Source: Chara braunii
Lineage: Eukaryota > Plantae > Charophyceae
DNA length: 63,573 nt
Direction of reading: 5' to 3'
Assembly: GCA_003427395.1 (NCBI GenBank)
Contig: BFEA01000036.1
Location: forward strand, 869,024-932,596
Shown: positions 60,698-63,573 of the stretch, piece by piece
Position numbering within the stretch: position 1 is the stretch's first letter
Layout of the letters: each line of letters begins with the position of its first letter
Made by a program: the position numbers and the translations under genes
Notes under the pieces: generated by a model
What the model saw: the letters and a program-made list of their open reading frames with translations, nothing else
Told to the model about the DNA's origin: nothing
Database searches by the model: none

Positions 60698-61981
60698 TTC
60701 TTCACCTTCCCACCTAAATCCCACCTAAATCCCACCTAAACGTGGCCAGATGCACCCGCCACATTCTTGTTCTATTTCACATTTGGAGAGCGGTGTGGCG
60801 GGGCCACATGTCATGCATCTGTGGGGGCTGAGAGAGAGCACAGTACTTGGGAAGGATCATGATATACGCACGTGTGGGTTGAGATGGAGTACAATTCTTG
60901 GGACTGGACCACGTCATGGGTTAGGGGGGGTTCTCGTTTTCACTTGACGAACTAGCTTTCCCCCGTCGAGTTGGTGCTGATCGTAAACCAGAGCTGTCAC
61001 CTTTCTTGAATACAGAAAGGTGGCCTCTGTGCTGTGCCATGCTGCCCTCTGTGCTGTGCTATGTTGCTATGTTGATGCTATTGCGTTTCCCCAAATATTT
61101 TGAACCAGTCCAAGGTGACACTGACACATGGATTCTTCCTGTCTTCCTGTACTGTGGCCCCCCGAGATCCGTGCGTCGAGGTGGGAGAGAGCACGGAGAT
61201 AGCACCGACGGTACGGTATCTGGCGCTAAGGTGGGCACCTGAGGGCGAGTGTAGTCGGGTCTGAACAGGTCGACTCACAGCTGGGGGAAGGCATCTTTCA
61301 CTTTTGGCCACACGTGGCAACAGGGCGGTGTTCGGCTTACTCCTGTTGGCCCCAGTCAAATGGAGTGACTGTGTAGGCTACTCTCAGTGGACAGTTAGTC
61401 CGGTGGCGGTGCAGGTATCCGTCCGTCGGACGACCGGTCGGCCGTCCTGGTGCTGACGCGACGGTAGTGGGCAGCATCTCGCTCGGTCGTCGGGTCGCTG
61501 GCTTTTCGGAGTAGTCCTGTTTGTGCTGAGTGAGCGCGGGGCGTACTGTCCGACCAGCAGGTTTTGGGTGTCGACCCGTTTTTGAGGGTCCTTTCCTCAG
61601 GCGCAAGTTTGGCGCCGAAGCTGATAGCGTGCGTTGGCGGGTCGGGCTGTGTAGAACCACCACGGATGCCCGATGACGACGCCATCACCAGTCGTCGTGA
61701 TCGTCGACTGTATTTTCCTTCTCCTCTTCTTCCTTCTTTCTTCCTCTGTTTGTCATCGCTCGCTATAGTTCCGGTGGATCCGGTTTGTAAGTCCGAGAGA
61801 GAGGGAGGGGTTGCTTTAGTCGTTGGCGGGGAGCGTAGGTGGAGGTGGTGGGTTCGGGTAGGAGGCGAATCAAGCCGACGACAAGGACGAGGGAAGTCGG
61901 GTGAGCGCGGGTGCGCGAGGGAGAGGGAGAGAGAGAGGGAGGGGGGCCTGGAGTCTCTCCCGCTCCAGAGAAGGGGCGGCG

Positions 61982-62328
61982 ATGGCGGGTGGGGGGTTTC
62001 GTGTTCTTGAGTTGGTGAGGCCGTTTTTGTCGGTCTTGCCAGAGGTGCAGACGGCTGACAGGAAGGTGCCCTTTCGAGAGAAAGTTCTTTACACTGTTGT
62101 GGCGCTCTTCATTTTTCTTGTATGCAGTCAGCTGCCCCTCTATGGAATTCACTCAGCCACGGGTTCAGATCCGTTCTACTGGATGCGAGTGATTCTTGCG
62201 TCCAACAGAGGAACGGTGATGGAGCTGGGTATCACTCCAATTATGACATCTGGACTTGTGATGCAGCTTCTGGCTGGATCGAAGATTCTAGAAGTGGACA
62301 ACAGTGTGAAAGAAGATCGGGCTCTTCT
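61982..62328 (+). CDS. SEC61A: Protein transport protein Sec61 subunit alpha, first coding exon; the gene continues beyond the window
   Basis: [22 protein letters not shown]...FREKVLYT...SQLPLYGI...[25 protein letters not shown]; ends at CT|GTAAGT. Confidence 0.97.
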
Positions 62329-63207
62329 GTAAGTTTCTCAGTAGTAGATGGGTAGTTTCAGGTTATGGGTGGTTGAATGAGTATCACGTCTGCTTGTGAT
62401 TGATTGGTTTTGTGTTTTGCTTGCTCACGAACGAATGTTATCTTGCGCAATCGGTCTATTGTGTCCTTGTCCTCTCGCCCATCCTCTCGTCTGCTTCGCG
62501 CTCTCGGCTCAACTGGTTACCCCCGACCTTGGTTACGTACTTGTTTACGATGTTATCTCGCGCAATCAGTGTGCTGCATCCTTTTCCTCTGTCGCTCATT
62601 CCCCCCCTTCTGCTTTACGTTCTCAGCTCAAGCGTTCACCCCCAACCCCCGCCGTTAAGTACATGAACTACCTGACGTACGCCGTTAAGTACATGAACCA
62701 CCTGACGTACGGCGATCGACTGAATTTCCTCTTTTGAAAGAGGAGAACGACCGTTGGATGTCAGCGGATTGAACGCCGGAAGTGGGGACATTTGGGTGTT
62801 TGATAGAGAGTGGAAATGGGTGTTTTTGGTGTTTGGGCGTTCTCTTGCGCAACGGCTCGTGCGGGCTATTTTGAGGCGTGATAGGTTAATCAACGCTCGA
62901 CTCTGGAGCATGGGTTGAGCAAAGAAGGGTCTGGAAGCGCGGGAAACCAACGCTCGACTCTGGAGCATGGGTTGAGCAAAGAAGAGTCTCGTAGCGCGGG
63001 AAATCAGAGTTCAAGTTCATCATGGCGGAGGGGAGGGAGGAGGGTGTGTGTGTATTGTCTAACGTGAAACCGTTAATATCCCACTCCGAATCGCATGTAA
63101 TCGTGCCAATCTCGTCGGACATGGAAAAGGGGAACTTTGTGGCAATTGGATTATATCATCAATCCGACAGAGCAACCGAAAAAGGCCGGCGGGTGTCGAC
63201 ACTACTA

Positions 63208-63317
63208 CCGTCTTCACCCCCGAATAGAGTGCCCGGTCATTATAGCCGTATGTGGACTGAAAATTGCACCACATACGGTTATTATGATGATCGGCTGTTC
63301 TATTCGGGTGAAGACGG
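63208..63317. mobile_element. Foldback Tc1/mariner (pogo/Stowaway-like) MITE in the Sec61a intron
   Basis: TA|CCGTCTTCACCC..CGAATAG...CTATTCGGGTGAAGACGG|TA; nearly the whole element is palindromic. Confidence 0.85.
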
Positions 63318-63573
63318 TAGCGCGGTCGTGAAAAGCAGTGGTGGTTTGGTGAGGGGACGTGGCTTTTTCTGCGTGTGGGGACATAGGCTGTATGGGGATG
63401 GGGAGTATCACGACGCAGAGGTAGGGTTGATGGGGTGGGTTGCGTGCTGCGATGGAGATGGAAATTGCAAGGCCGTGTCGTTTTTTTTGTTCATTGAGTG
63501 GCACGATATAGGTGTGTGTAAGTGCGGTACCTTGTGTTCTAGTGAGTGTAAGTGCGGTACCTTGTGTTCTAGT

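Overview
Eukaryotic nuclear DNA from a repeat-rich streptophyte. The plant-type U6 and Sec61a, very long TE-filled introns and Nextera mate-pair assembly would fit a charophyte such as Chara, but that assignment is inference. Most six-frame ORFs are spurious. Two real genes lie on +. (1) A TUL1/FLY1-type transmembrane RING-H2 E3 ligase has at least 11 recognisable exons over about 39 kb (3712-42743). It contains two minor-spliceosome (U12-type, GTATCCTTT) introns, one with an apparently distal branch point. (2) The first coding exon of Sec61 alpha is at 61982-62328. Introns and intergenic DNA carry seven clear U6 snRNA retrocopies plus two weak fragments, several with poly(A) tails and 11-18 bp TSDs. 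They also carry two tRNA-headed SINE families (one with a U1-like tail), several 8-bp-TSD (hAT-like) MITEs, a TTAA-targeting ~152-bp TIR family, a TA-targeting mariner/pogo-like MITE, hairpins, tandem repeats and microsatellites. One 479-bp block with a Nextera junction adapter (28760-29276) is an assembly artefact.
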